DNA of 63,729 nt from a virus (Duplodnaviria > Caudoviricetes), in IMG/VR virus record IMGVR_UViG_3300032316_001298, positions 1 through 63,729 of that record; one strand, written 5' to 3'. Both the position numbers and the translations under genes were made by a program. This document shows positions 37,882 to 47,150 of the stretch, piece after piece. Position 1 is the stretch's first letter. Each line of letters begins with the position of its first letter. Below the pieces are notes generated by a model, which did not search any database, had not been told where the DNA came from, and saw nothing but the letters and a program-made list of their open reading frames with translations.

Positions 37882-38574
37882 ATGGATACCAAACAAAACA
37901 ATGCAGGCGGATTGGAGCTGTTGCTTCCTAGTCCGGATGGTCAAAGGAAATTTGAATTGACGCCGCGTGGGTTGCGTTTTTTTGAGCCGATGGGCACGGA
38001 GGAGTGCGCTCAGTTGTTGCGCTCGTTGAAGATGCTGGGGGATCATTTTGAGCTGTGTTTCGGCAGCGCGGTAAAGGCGACGATGGCGTGGCATGGTGAG
38101 GCGAGCACGAAGGAGATCCTGGCTCAGTTGGAGTTGCCTCTGGCGGAGGCGCGGCGGGCGTTGGCGTTGGCGCAGGCGGAGTTGCCGTTCGATACGTGGA
38201 CGGGGCTGACGGCGGAGCATTTGGTGATTTTGTCAGTGGAATTTAAGGGTCATGAGTTGCAGGAGAGATGGGCGCAGCGTGTCGTGGATCATGAACTGTC
38301 TCCGCGGGCGTTGAAGCGTTCGATCGAGCGTGGGGAGGTGGTGACGGATTCCGAGATGGATGAGGATTCGGGCAAGAAAAGTGGCGGTTTGGGCTTCCTC
38401 GATGAGTTGGATTGGGCTTTCGAGTCATGGGCGCGCCGGATCGGGGGACGGACTGCTGTGCTGGATCTTCCGGTGGAGGATCAGGAGCATTGGATGAGGG
38501 GTGTTAAGAAGATCGTGGATCTCTATCATGAAGTGGAGACGCGAGTGGCATCGGTGAAAGGAGTGGACGTATGA
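37882..38574 (+). CDS. LmbU-like DNA-binding protein
   Basis: LTPRGLRF, LTAEH, QERW..ELSPRALKRSI resemble the LmbU-family pattern. Confidence 0.45.
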   Translation: MDTKQNNAGGLELLLPSPDGQRKFELTPRGLRFFEPMGTEECAQLLRSLKMLGDHFELCFGSAVKATMAWHGEASTKEILAQLELPLAEARRALALAQAELPFDTWTGLTAEHLVILSVEFKGHELQERWAQRVVDHELSPRALKRSIERGEVVTDSEMDEDSGKKSGGLGFLDELDWAFESWARRIGGRTAVLDLPVEDQEHWMRGVKKIVDLYHEVETRVASVKGVDV

Positions 38575-38789
38575 GCGAGCAGGAGATCGTGCGAGTGTCG
38601 AAGCGTTTGGACGCCGTTCGGCGCGTGCGGCAGGCATTTGCTGAGATGGGCGCATTGCTCGTGGAGGAGTTGAGCGCAGATGATGCCGAACGCGTGGTGC
38701 AAGCAGGCAGGACGGCAGCTGCCAATGAACTTTCGCGGGTCTTCGATGAGGCGCGCGCTGACATGGATGGGGTGCTCAATGCCCGCTGA
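38571..38789 (+). CDS. hypothetical protein
   Basis: ATGA-coupled. Confidence 0.6.
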   Translation: MSEQEIVRVSKRLDAVRRVRQAFAEMGALLVEELSADDAERVVQAGRTAAANELSRVFDEARADMDGVLNAR

Positions 38790-39390
38790 ACTCACGGCCA
38801 TAAATTACAAGGTGGATGGCGTGGCGGAATTTACGCTGCGCGGACGTTGCGTGATGGTGGGGCGGGTGGATGCGGCTGATGCAGAGTTGGTCGCGGCGCG
38901 GCGTTGGTATTGGAACATCGCCCGGGGAATTTATTGCGCTTCCGAGAAGGTCATGCTGACCAAGCTCTTGTGCCCCAAGGCTTGCGGGAGAGTGGTCTTT
39001 GCGAACGGGGACAAAACCGATTGCCGCCGCCGTAATCTGGTGGAGGGTTGCTATTCACGTAGCGGCATCTGGTTTGACTCATCGCGCGGCAAATACAATG
39101 TGCGGGTGGCGAAGGGGAAAATGCGGTGGCGCGTGCGCTGTGGATCCTTTGAGGAGGCGCAGGCCATCAGGTCGCAACTGGCTGCCATGACAATGCGGGA
39201 ATTGGTGTGCTGGAGGGCGCGGCAGGACGAGGCGTTGCCCGAGGAGTTGTCGTGGTTGGGAGATGACATAGTTCCCATGATCGCGACGCGTTGCGCACAT
39301 GATGCGGCGCTGGCGGCGCGCAAGGGTTACGAGGCCGGTCTGATGGCCTCAAGAATCGTGCAAACAAGAAACATGGAAGTGTTCCACTAA
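38779..39390 (+). CDS. degenerate HNH endonuclease with AP2-like domain
   Basis: VVFANGDKTDCRRRNL followed by GIWFD..GKYNVRV..SFEEAQAIR. Confidence 0.65.
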   Translation: MPAELTAINYKVDGVAEFTLRGRCVMVGRVDAADAELVAARRWYWNIARGIYCASEKVMLTKLLCPKACGRVVFANGDKTDCRRRNLVEGCYSRSGIWFDSSRGKYNVRVAKGKMRWRVRCGSFEEAQAIRSQLAAMTMRELVCWRARQDEALPEELSWLGDDIVPMIATRCAHDAALAARKGYEAGLMASRIVQTRNMEVFH

Positions 39391-39411
39391 CCACAGTCTA
39401 TCCCCACAAGA

Positions 39412-40476
39412 ATGGAATTATCCGAGCTTAAGCGCAGGGTCTCGCTGCGAGACATTTTAACCCGTGATGGCGTCAAGATCCGTCGATCCGGGGGATCAAG
39501 GTTTGCGGCTTTGTGCCCATTCCACAGCGAGCGAACGCCCTCATTCTATATCACAGCAAGCCACGCTGGTGATCGTTTCAAGTGCTTTGGGTGCGATGCA
39601 GCGGGGGATGTTTTTGACTACTGGATGAGGACGCGGAATGTGACGCTGGCGGAGGCGAAAAAGTCGCTTTGCTCATCCGAGGGCATTGTCTGGCTTGAGC
39701 CGGAGAAGCGTCCGCTTCCGCAACCGGAAACCGAAGTCACGCCACTCAGCGGAGGGGGACTGGCGATATGGGAGGACGGTGTGAAGCGTTTGCTTAATTC
39801 CGAGGCGGAGCAAAAGAGAATTGCCGAATGGCGTGGTTTTGAATCTGCCACTATTCGTGACATGGCCGAGCGCGGATTGATGGGCCTGCCGGTTTATCAT
39901 GGCAAGCGCTGCGAGGCTTTCGCCGTAGAAATACCAGATAGCGGAACCACGGGCCGTTTTCTTGCGGGTTATCATGTCCATACTCCAAAGCTCAAGGGGC
40001 GCTATCGTTTCGAGCCGCAGGGGATTGGTTCGTGGCCATTCGTCATCGGTGACATCATTCACTGTCACGCATTGGTTGTTTTGGAGGGGCAATGGGACGC
40101 TATTGCATTTTATGATGCTGTCGCTGCCTACAAGACGCCGCTTAAAGGTGTGGCGATTGTTGGCATACGAGGGGCAACCGCTTGGCGCCGTATTTTGGAC
40201 TATGAGTGGTCCCCTGAGACGCAGGCATTCATTTTTGCCGATGCAGATGAGGCCGGATTGGCGTGGCAGCGTTCGGATTCGTTGAGTGGAGCATTGGCGC
40301 TGCGTTGCCGAGCGATCCACTTCTTCTGTTTCAAGGTGGGCTCAGACGCAGTGAAAGATTTCAACGATTGGATGAAACACGACTGGGGGATCACCTCGGC
40401 GGATTTGCGTGAATTTTTGCGGCACCATTATCTCAATGGCCAAAAAGCAAGGAGGCGAAAATGGCAAACAAAATAA
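39412..40476 (+). CDS. DNA primase (CHC2 zinc finger + Toprim)
   Basis: CPFHSERTPSF, FKCFGC..GDVF, VLEGQWDA, DADEAG, KDFND. Confidence 0.9.
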   Translation: MELSELKRRVSLRDILTRDGVKIRRSGGSRFAALCPFHSERTPSFYITASHAGDRFKCFGCDAAGDVFDYWMRTRNVTLAEAKKSLCSSEGIVWLEPEKRPLPQPETEVTPLSGGGLAIWEDGVKRLLNSEAEQKRIAEWRGFESATIRDMAERGLMGLPVYHGKRCEAFAVEIPDSGTTGRFLAGYHVHTPKLKGRYRFEPQGIGSWPFVIGDIIHCHALVVLEGQWDAIAFYDAVAAYKTPLKGVAIVGIRGATAWRRILDYEWSPETQAFIFADADEAGLAWQRSDSLSGALALRCRAIHFFCFKVGSDAVKDFNDWMKHDWGITSADLREFLRHHYLNGQKARRRKWQTK

Positions 40477-41810
40477 AGCCGCGCGGCGAGAATCCGCTAA
40501 TCCAGATCACGGGGGCAGGTAAGGACCGATTTGATGAGCATCAGATTTATCAGAGTCTCATGCTCAAGATCCCACCGATCATGGTGTATGAGGACGATTG
40601 GTTTGAGTATGACGGTAAGGCTTGGCGCCCCTCTCGCCGCAAGCAGTATGTCAGCACGGTCTACGATATTTTGCCACTCGCACATCGAAGTGCGAGGTTG
40701 GCCTCCAATGTGCTGAATGCCGTTGAAGCAGCCCGGCAGGTGAAGAATGAAAAGTTGCGTGGAGCGATCATCTTTGACGACGACGGCAGGGTTCTTGTGA
40801 ATGTGAATAATGGGGTGCTGCGTGTTTCCCCCGAGGGGGTCGAGTTGCTTCCTCATGATCCCAGCTATCTATTTACGGGTTGTCTGCCCTCGAATTATCA
40901 CTCAAGTGCGGAATCACCAATTTTTGAGGACGCCCTCAATGCGACTCTTCATAACGTGAAGGATAAATCGCTTTTGCAGTGGTTTGCAGGCTATTGTCTC
41001 TTCCCAGACTGCAAGCAGCATGAGGTGTTCCTCATTTGCTACGGGCCGGGTGGCACGGGTAAAAGCACTCTGGCAGAGGCGATAGTCTCTGCATTCGACG
41101 ACGATGTGCTTGTGCGAAAGCTCTCTTTGTCGCAGATATGCAGCTCCGGCCCTGGCTCTTATTCACTTCCGACTCTGGAAAGGGCCATGGTTAATCTCGG
41201 GACTGAACTGGACACCGTAGAAGTCGATGAGTCTGGGACTTTCAAACAGCTTATCTCAGGCGAAAGCATTGTGGCGCGCAGCATCTACGGCAAGCCGTTC
41301 ACGATGAATAGCACGTGCAAGCATCTGTTCCTCTCAAATGTCATGCCTCGATTCAAGCACGGCACAGACGCAGAACTGCGCCGCGCGCGGTTCTTGGCCT
41401 TTGGCAAGAAGCCGGAGGCAATAGATCGAACCCTCAAGGATAAGCTGGTTGCCCAGAAGGACTACATCCTCTATTGGGCTGTTGAGGGCCTTCGCGCCAT
41501 TCTGGAGGGTGTTTCAGCACCTTATGGGGGGGAAGAAAGTAACAACGCTATTCGCAGATTCCAGCTATCCAATGATCCAGTTCAGTGTTTTGTGAGTGAA
41601 AATCTGGACTTAGATCCTGACGCTGAGACGAGCAAAGACGATGTCATGGAGGCATTTAGCCAATTTCTTGATGCACATCAATTTGCTCACAGAACTCGGG
41701 AGTATTTCTTCCGCGCCTTGTATGAACGCAACCCTCAAATCAGGGTGGTGAAATACTACAACAAGGCGCCTATGTATTGGCTGCGCGGCGTGCGTCTTCG
41801 CCAGAGCTAA
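40461..41810 (+). CDS. D5/P4-family superfamily 3 helicase
   Basis: VNVNNGVL..LLPHDP, GPGGTGKST, FKQLISGE..ARSIY, SNVMP. Confidence 0.9.
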   Translation: MANKIKPRGENPLIQITGAGKDRFDEHQIYQSLMLKIPPIMVYEDDWFEYDGKAWRPSRRKQYVSTVYDILPLAHRSARLASNVLNAVEAARQVKNEKLRGAIIFDDDGRVLVNVNNGVLRVSPEGVELLPHDPSYLFTGCLPSNYHSSAESPIFEDALNATLHNVKDKSLLQWFAGYCLFPDCKQHEVFLICYGPGGTGKSTLAEAIVSAFDDDVLVRKLSLSQICSSGPGSYSLPTLERAMVNLGTELDTVEVDESGTFKQLISGESIVARSIYGKPFTMNSTCKHLFLSNVMPRFKHGTDAELRRARFLAFGKKPEAIDRTLKDKLVAQKDYILYWAVEGLRAILEGVSAPYGGEESNNAIRRFQLSNDPVQCFVSENLDLDPDAETSKDDVMEAFSQFLDAHQFAHRTREYFFRALYERNPQIRVVKYYNKAPMYWLRGVRLRQS

Positions 41811-41879
41811 CTGGCTCTAGCTCGCTCTCCAGCTCTCCTTGTGATCCTCTGAAGCTATTTGCTTCAAGAATACGATCTA

Positions 41880-42015
41880 GTATTGTCATGTTACGACAAC
41901 CTTTACAACCTTTTCCTGTATGTTTTCTGAAAAAGACGAGTGAAATAGTATATAGAGGGACTTGTTGGTTTGGCTTGTAAAGGTTGTCCACCACCATGGT
42001 AAAGGAATCTATTAA
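41880..42015. other. candidate replication origin (AT-rich, inverted repeat)
   Basis: gacaacctttacaa (41895-41908) and ttgtaaaggttgtc (41975-41988) form a perfect 14 bp IR, directly after the helicase. Confidence 0.5.
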
Positions 42016-42104
42016 CCTGCAAAACGGTCAGGTTTGAGCGAAGCGACCCTTACATTAACCTGTGACCAGTGAACTGGTTGACAAGTTAAGTTGAGGAGCG
42101 AGGT

Positions 42105-42764
42105 GTGGCGGTTATGGAGAAGGAGTCTACAGAAGGGGGAAGGGTCACTTTGGCAGAGATTGCGGCCGATTGGGGGACCAGTGTGGCTTACGTTTCGAGG
42201 ATGAAGAATCAAAAAGGTTGTCCGGTGGACAGCTTGGATGCGGCCCGGGATTGGAGGTTGGCGAACGCGAGGGGTGGCGTGGGTTTTCGAAGCAAACAGT
42301 CTGAAGGGGAAGCAAGCGTTCCTTCTGAGGCTGTGCACACGCCTCACCCGCCTCGGAGGCCACGGCGGCGGAGCCTGACGCAGATGGAGGCTTCGTTGAA
42401 GGCGTCCATCGAGATCGAGGAGCAGGCCAAGTATCTTGTGGAAAGCGCGATTGCGGCTGATGCGGTGGAGAAGCTGCCACTTTTGATCCAGACCTACAAC
42501 AAAGCCAAAGAAGGCCGCATGGCTTCGGAGAAGATGGTCTTGGAGATTAAGGAGAAGGCGCGGGTGCTGATTCCCTTTGATGTGGCCCGTGAGATGTTTG
42601 GGAAGGGCTGGGGGGCGCTGCTGGCGCGTTTGCGTGGTCTACCGGCGGTGATCGCGCCCAAGGTTGCTCCGGCCGATGATGTGACGGCGGCGGAGATCAT
42701 CAGGCAGGACATCGAGCGGGCGATTAGTGACGGGCAGAAGGTTTATGAGCAGGTCCTGGCATAA
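42105..42764 (+). CDS. terS: terminase small subunit
   Basis: N-terminal HTH (LAEIAADWGTSVAYVSRM..GCP), helical C-terminus, overlaps terL. Confidence 0.75.
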   Translation: MAVMEKESTEGGRVTLAEIAADWGTSVAYVSRMKNQKGCPVDSLDAARDWRLANARGGVGFRSKQSEGEASVPSEAVHTPHPPRRPRRRSLTQMEASLKASIEIEEQAKYLVESAIAADAVEKLPLLIQTYNKAKEGRMASEKMVLEIKEKARVLIPFDVAREMFGKGWGALLARLRGLPAVIAPKVAPADDVTAAEIIRQDIERAISDGQKVYEQVLA

Positions 42765-44556
42765 CGAGTCGATTGACCGGCTGGAGCAGTTTTGCCGTGA
42801 CACGCTGGCTCCGGCGCCGGATGAGCCGGTATGGAAGTGGGCGGAGCGGAATTGCTATGTGCGGGGAGACAATGAAGGGGCTTACTCGACAACGCTGACG
42901 CCCTATGCGCGCGAGCCTTTGGAGGGGTTCAGGGACAAGCAGATTGAGGATTTGACTCTGTGCTTTGCGGCACAGGTGGCCAAGACAACCATTGTCATGG
43001 CGGGGACGAGTTGGTTGTTGGTCAACGATCCGCGAGACACGCTTTGGGTGATGCCAGACAAGGAGCTGGGAGGCAGCTTTTCGAGGAATCGGTGGATGCC
43101 GTGGGTGGATGATTGCCGTCCTTTGGCGGATCTGAAGCCGAGCAACCGGATTCTGTGGACAACGCGTGAGCAGAGATTTGCCCGCTCGGCCTTATTTTTC
43201 GTGGGTTCGAACTCGGCCAGCCAGATTTCTTCCCGTCCTTGCGGCTGCGTTCTGATGGACGAGTGCGATAAATTTGGTCTGCGCAACGACAGGGAGGCCG
43301 GTGCCCTCAAAAACGCCGAGGAGCGCACGAAGTCGTTTACGTTTCCCAAAAGGGTCAAGACCTCGACCCCGACGATTTTCTACGGGGAAATTTGGCAGGA
43401 GTTTATCAAGGGGGATGCGAGGTATTACTGGGTGCCGTGCCCGCACTGCAAAGCCATGATCCGGTTGCAGTGGAATCAGGTGAGATGGTGGGACAAAGAG
43501 CCGGAGGAGGCCAAAACTGGCGGTGATTGGGATATGGAGAAAGTGCGCCGCAACACGCACTACGTGTGCCAAGAGTGCGAGCAGAAGATCACTGATGTCT
43601 ATAAGCCAGGAATGCTTTTAGGAGGTGAGTGGCGCGCGAGTAATCCGCAGGCCGAGAAAAGTCGCCGCAGTTACCATTTGAGCGCGCTTTACGCGCCGTG
43701 GAAGCAGACAAGGTGGGGGAATTTGGCGGTGCGGTGGCTGCAGAGCAAGGCGACCTTGGATGGTCGCCAGAACTTTGTGAACTCGACGCTGGCCGAACCT
43801 TGGGATGGCGAGAATGCCTACGATGAAGATCCGGTGCCAACGGAGGCTTACGTGCCCGCCGACATGCAGCGGGACCGGGTGGCCCTGATGACCATCGACG
43901 TGCAGCGTCCGGGTTTTTGGGTGGTTGTCCGTTCGTGGAGCAAGACCGGCGAGAGCTGGCTCTTGTATGCGGGCTACGTGGAAACCATTGAGGAGTGCGA
44001 CCAGGTGCAGACGAAGTATGAGGTGAATCCGAATCTGGTCATGATCGACTGTGCGGATCAGACGAATCTCGTGTGCAAATGGATTACGGATCGCGATTGG
44101 CGTGGGGCGTGGGGCAGCAGCAAGCAGGGATTTGTCCACAGTTTACCCAATGGGAACCGGGTGCAGCGGTTGGTTTCGCCGGTCCAGTGGCGCGATCCAT
44201 TTCTCGGCACGGTCCAGCAGAGCGAGCGCAACAATCGCGCGCGGTATGTCTATTGGGCTAATGACCCCGTGAAGGACATTCTGGCGGTCATGCGTCATGC
44301 CGAGCCGCGGAGGTGGCATGTGCACGGCGACATCCCCCAGGAATACACGAAGCATCTGAATGCAGAGATTAAGATCATGAAGCAGAATCCGCGCACCGGC
44401 CGGTATCAGGTGATTTGGAAGCAGGTGCGGAAAGACAACCACTTGCTCGACTGTGAGGCGATGCAGGTGGTGGATGCGTTGTGCGCAGGGGTGATCGTAG
44501 AAGATCACGAGAAGTATGCCAACGCACAGGGCGCGCTGAAGCTGCAGGCCGTGTGA
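42745..44556 (+). CDS. terL: terminase large subunit, lambda GpA family
   Basis: PYAREP, AAQVAKT, DECDK, STPT, VPCPHC, IDVQ, NHLLDC. Confidence 0.95.
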   Translation: MSRSWHNESIDRLEQFCRDTLAPAPDEPVWKWAERNCYVRGDNEGAYSTTLTPYAREPLEGFRDKQIEDLTLCFAAQVAKTTIVMAGTSWLLVNDPRDTLWVMPDKELGGSFSRNRWMPWVDDCRPLADLKPSNRILWTTREQRFARSALFFVGSNSASQISSRPCGCVLMDECDKFGLRNDREAGALKNAEERTKSFTFPKRVKTSTPTIFYGEIWQEFIKGDARYYWVPCPHCKAMIRLQWNQVRWWDKEPEEAKTGGDWDMEKVRRNTHYVCQECEQKITDVYKPGMLLGGEWRASNPQAEKSRRSYHLSALYAPWKQTRWGNLAVRWLQSKATLDGRQNFVNSTLAEPWDGENAYDEDPVPTEAYVPADMQRDRVALMTIDVQRPGFWVVVRSWSKTGESWLLYAGYVETIEECDQVQTKYEVNPNLVMIDCADQTNLVCKWITDRDWRGAWGSSKQGFVHSLPNGNRVQRLVSPVQWRDPFLGTVQQSERNNRARYVYWANDPVKDILAVMRHAEPRRWHVHGDIPQEYTKHLNAEIKIMKQNPRTGRYQVIWKQVRKDNHLLDCEAMQVVDALCAGVIVEDHEKYANAQGALKLQAV

Positions 44557-44616
44557 GGTAGCGGATAACCGAGAGCAGTGTAAAAAAAGCGGATAACCAG
44601 CAAAATGGCATAAAAG

Positions 44617-44650
44617 CAAAAAACCCCCGACCCTTTCGGATCGGGGGCTG
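44617..44650 (-). terminator. intrinsic terminator ending the leftward early operon
   Basis: Minus strand cccccgatcc-gaaa-gggtcggggg followed by T6. Confidence 0.8.
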
Positions 44651-44682
44651 CTATGGCAACAGCACGTGCACTCGCGCGCGTG

Positions 44683-44901
44683 TTAGCCAAAGTTTGGCGG
44701 TGGCAATTTGTCTATTTGTTGGGCCTCCCATCGGTCAAGCTCGCCGTGCATATACAGAGCCATGGACACGATGAGTTCGGTATCCGAAGGCCGCGCGGCA
44801 CGGTTTTGGACGATGCGGAGTAGAGCATCGCGGTGCTTGGAGAAGCCTCGCATGAAGTTGTCGGTCAGCTCTTGGTAGCGTTGTTGTTGTCTGTCAGTCA
44901 T
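44683..44901 (-). CDS. hypothetical protein
   Basis: ORF packed after clamp-like gene. Confidence 0.55.
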   Translation of the reverse strand: MTDRQQQRYQELTDNFMRGFSKHRDALLRIVQNRAARPSDTELIVSMALYMHGELDRWEAQQIDKLPPPNFG

Positions 44902-44902
44902 A

Positions 44903-45637
44903 TTATGCGCCTGGCTTGAGCGGCATTTGAACATACTTTGTCTCAGCCTTGACGAGCAAGATGGGACTTTCGGCGTCTTTGAGGTAGGCGGTGTCGAACC
45001 CCTGCTTGACGGCTGCGGTGAACCACTCCCGGTTGAGCAGGATGGTGAGTTCGCCGTTGGAGCGAGCGAAGAACGACTCGGTGTAGGTTTTGGCCTTACC
45101 CTTTTCGTTCGGCGACACGGCAGAAACGCCGCTTAGTCCATTACGGACAGTCAGCGTCACGGAGGCGCCTTTGGGTGTTTTGGGCAATGCCTTGAGCGCA
45201 CGGAGTAGTGCTTCGGCCTCGTAGGACAGGTAGACGCACGTGTTTATGTCGGGCATCACCTGTTTGTAGTTCGGGAAGTTCCCCTCGATGGCTTTGACGA
45301 CTTTCTCACCGATGGTATTGGTTAGGCGGAAGTGCCGCTTGTCTTTGCTGGTTTCGATGCGCACGTAATCGTGGGCGCGGAGGAAGCCGCGAACGTCTTG
45401 TTCGGCAGGCAGGATGCTATCGGCCACCGGCTCCAGCTTGAGGCCGGTGCGGTGGTAGAGTTTGCGTCCGTCGGTCGCGACAATACTGTCTTTGTCGAAG
45501 TAGACGCCTTGGAGGACGTAGCGGGTTTGATCCTTGGAGCTAAACGTCATGGCTTCGAGGATGGGACCAGACGGCACGGTGACGCTCTTGCGCCACTCCA
45601 ACGCGTCGCTGGTTGGTAGTATGGTTATGGGTTTCAT
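44903..45637 (-). CDS. DNA polymerase III beta-clamp-like protein (shortened)
   Basis: DQTRYVLQGVYF, VATDGRKL, IEGNFPNYKQVMP, C-terminal VQMPL. Confidence 0.8.
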   Translation of the reverse strand: MKPITILPTSDALEWRKSVTVPSGPILEAMTFSSKDQTRYVLQGVYFDKDSIVATDGRKLYHRTGLKLEPVADSILPAEQDVRGFLRAHDYVRIETSKDKRHFRLTNTIGEKVVKAIEGNFPNYKQVMPDINTCVYLSYEAEALLRALKALPKTPKGASVTLTVRNGLSGVSAVSPNEKGKAKTYTESFFARSNGELTILLNREWFTAAVKQGFDTAYLKDAESPILLVKAETKYVQMPLKPGA

Positions 45638-45664
45638 GAGAAAAATTGACACTGGTAAAGCGGT

Positions 45665-46423
45665 GTGAGTTTGAACGAGTTAGTAAAGCGAAGGCTTGCG
45701 GTTTTGGAGTTTGCCATTGCCCGCTACATGGGCAATTTCGGCAGCGAGCGCGCGCCGAACACGAAGCTACAGGGCGATAGCTCTGGCCCAAAAGCGGAGC
45801 GGTATCGGAGATTGATCGGAAAAATGCGCGATCGTGATGCCCGCTTGCGCGCTACGGGAAGTTCATCCTCGCAGTTGCAAGATAGCTGGATCGTTGGCAA
45901 AGGTGATCGGGTCAGCCCCGCTTCACCCAGCGTTTCAACGCGCACTGTTAATCCTGCACCGAAAGGATTTCAAATGATACCCCGCCCATCGTCGCGGGAC
46001 GCAAACTACACGAGAATTTACAGGGGCGTCATGTCACCTCAGTCCAAGTTGTATCGCAGTCGAACCGCAGACACGGATGGAACCGCTTATGCAAATCCGC
46101 GCCGGATTGAAGTGGTCGGGCGTGGAGGGCAGACAAGTGCGATTGTTACCAAATACGGTCCGCGTAATGCGGTGTGGGACTTGCTAGATTCCGACAATGA
46201 CATGATCGGTAAACCCAAAGGCGCCAGAAACATCAGATCGTTGATGAAGCACTTCAAGAAGAACAAGGTGTCGGTGGATTTCCATCCTCATGCCATGGCC
46301 GATAGCGGCAACAAGGGTGCTGTGACGCAGACCGGAAAATTGCTCAAGAGCTACACGCGCATCGCCAAGAAGATGGGATTTAAGCGCGGCGGCACGGCAC
46401 TACTTCCGAGATTTGTGCCTTGA
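45665..46423 (+). CDS. plus-strand moron: basic protein with cargo-type leader and degenerate GNAT-like C-terminus
   Basis: TTGACA-N13-GTG; leader NELVKRRLAVLEFAIAR; GKPKG..SLMKH..KLLKSY..KMGF. Confidence 0.6.
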   Translation: MSLNELVKRRLAVLEFAIARYMGNFGSERAPNTKLQGDSSGPKAERYRRLIGKMRDRDARLRATGSSSSQLQDSWIVGKGDRVSPASPSVSTRTVNPAPKGFQMIPRPSSRDANYTRIYRGVMSPQSKLYRSRTADTDGTAYANPRRIEVVGRGGQTSAIVTKYGPRNAVWDLLDSDNDMIGKPKGARNIRSLMKHFKKNKVSVDFHPHAMADSGNKGAVTQTGKLLKSYTRIAKKMGFKRGGTALLPRFVP

Positions 46424-46819
46424 GTGTCGCCTGACGATGGCGGCGTGAATGCGCTTTGGTGCTTTGTCGAAGTATTTCAACAAGGCCGGGCATAGCCACA
46501 TATTGTCCGCCATGAAGTGCACTGCGCCATCGTGGCTGACTTCAGCGGAATAAGTGGATCCGGTGGCATCAGTTTCGATGAGCTTGGCTTCGACGGACAC
46601 GCTATCATAGTGCTGATGCACGGGATCAACACCCATGTCGGATCGGAAAAACACGACGAGCTTACCTTTTCCGCCCAGTTGCTCGTCGGCGTAGTCGAGT
46701 AACTGATTTGCTTCGCCGATAAACGGCTCGCGCACGAGGTCGCGCGCTTCATCGTCGAACACCCAGATGTCGGGTGAATCAGGGTGCCGATACGGCATGA
46801 TGATGTTCATGATGTTCAT
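46400..46819 (-). CDS. DUF6717-like protein
   Basis: WVFDD..LVREPF and WLCPALLKYFDKAPKRI. Confidence 0.7.
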   Translation of the reverse strand: MNIMNIIMPYRHPDSPDIWVFDDEARDLVREPFIGEANQLLDYADEQLGGKGKLVVFFRSDMGVDPVHQHYDSVSVEAKLIETDATGSTYSAEVSHDGAVHFMADNMWLCPALLKYFDKAPKRIHAAIVRRHSRHKSRK

Positions 46820-46828
46820 GGTTGTAAG

Positions 46829-47140
46829 TTAGGCGCGGCCTACGGCTCTGCAATACTTTGCGCCGAGGATGGCGTGGAGGTCATTGATGGCGTCGGCGAC
46901 TTCTTCGGCATCGTCTGCCTGTCCGTTGGGATCTTGGCTGGCCAGAATGCCGCAAGAGATCTTGTCCGAGATTTCGTAGCAGTGGTCGGCGAGCACAGCG
47001 AAGTCGTTGACGAGGAAATGGAAATCGGAATGTTTGTCCGAGATCCAAGCGAGGAATCCCACGAGGAAGTCGAGTTGATCGACATTCTCGCAGCGTTTTT
47101 CCAGATTGTCGGCGAGCGAGGAGAGGTCAGCGGGTGTCAT
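46829..47140 (-). CDS. acidic hypothetical protein
   Basis: ORF within leftward operon. Confidence 0.6.
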   Translation of the reverse strand: MTPADLSSLADNLEKRCENVDQLDFLVGFLAWISDKHSDFHFLVNDFAVLADHCYEISDKISCGILASQDPNGQADDAEEVADAINDLHAILGAKYCRAVGRA

Positions 47141-47150
47141 TTGGAATCAG

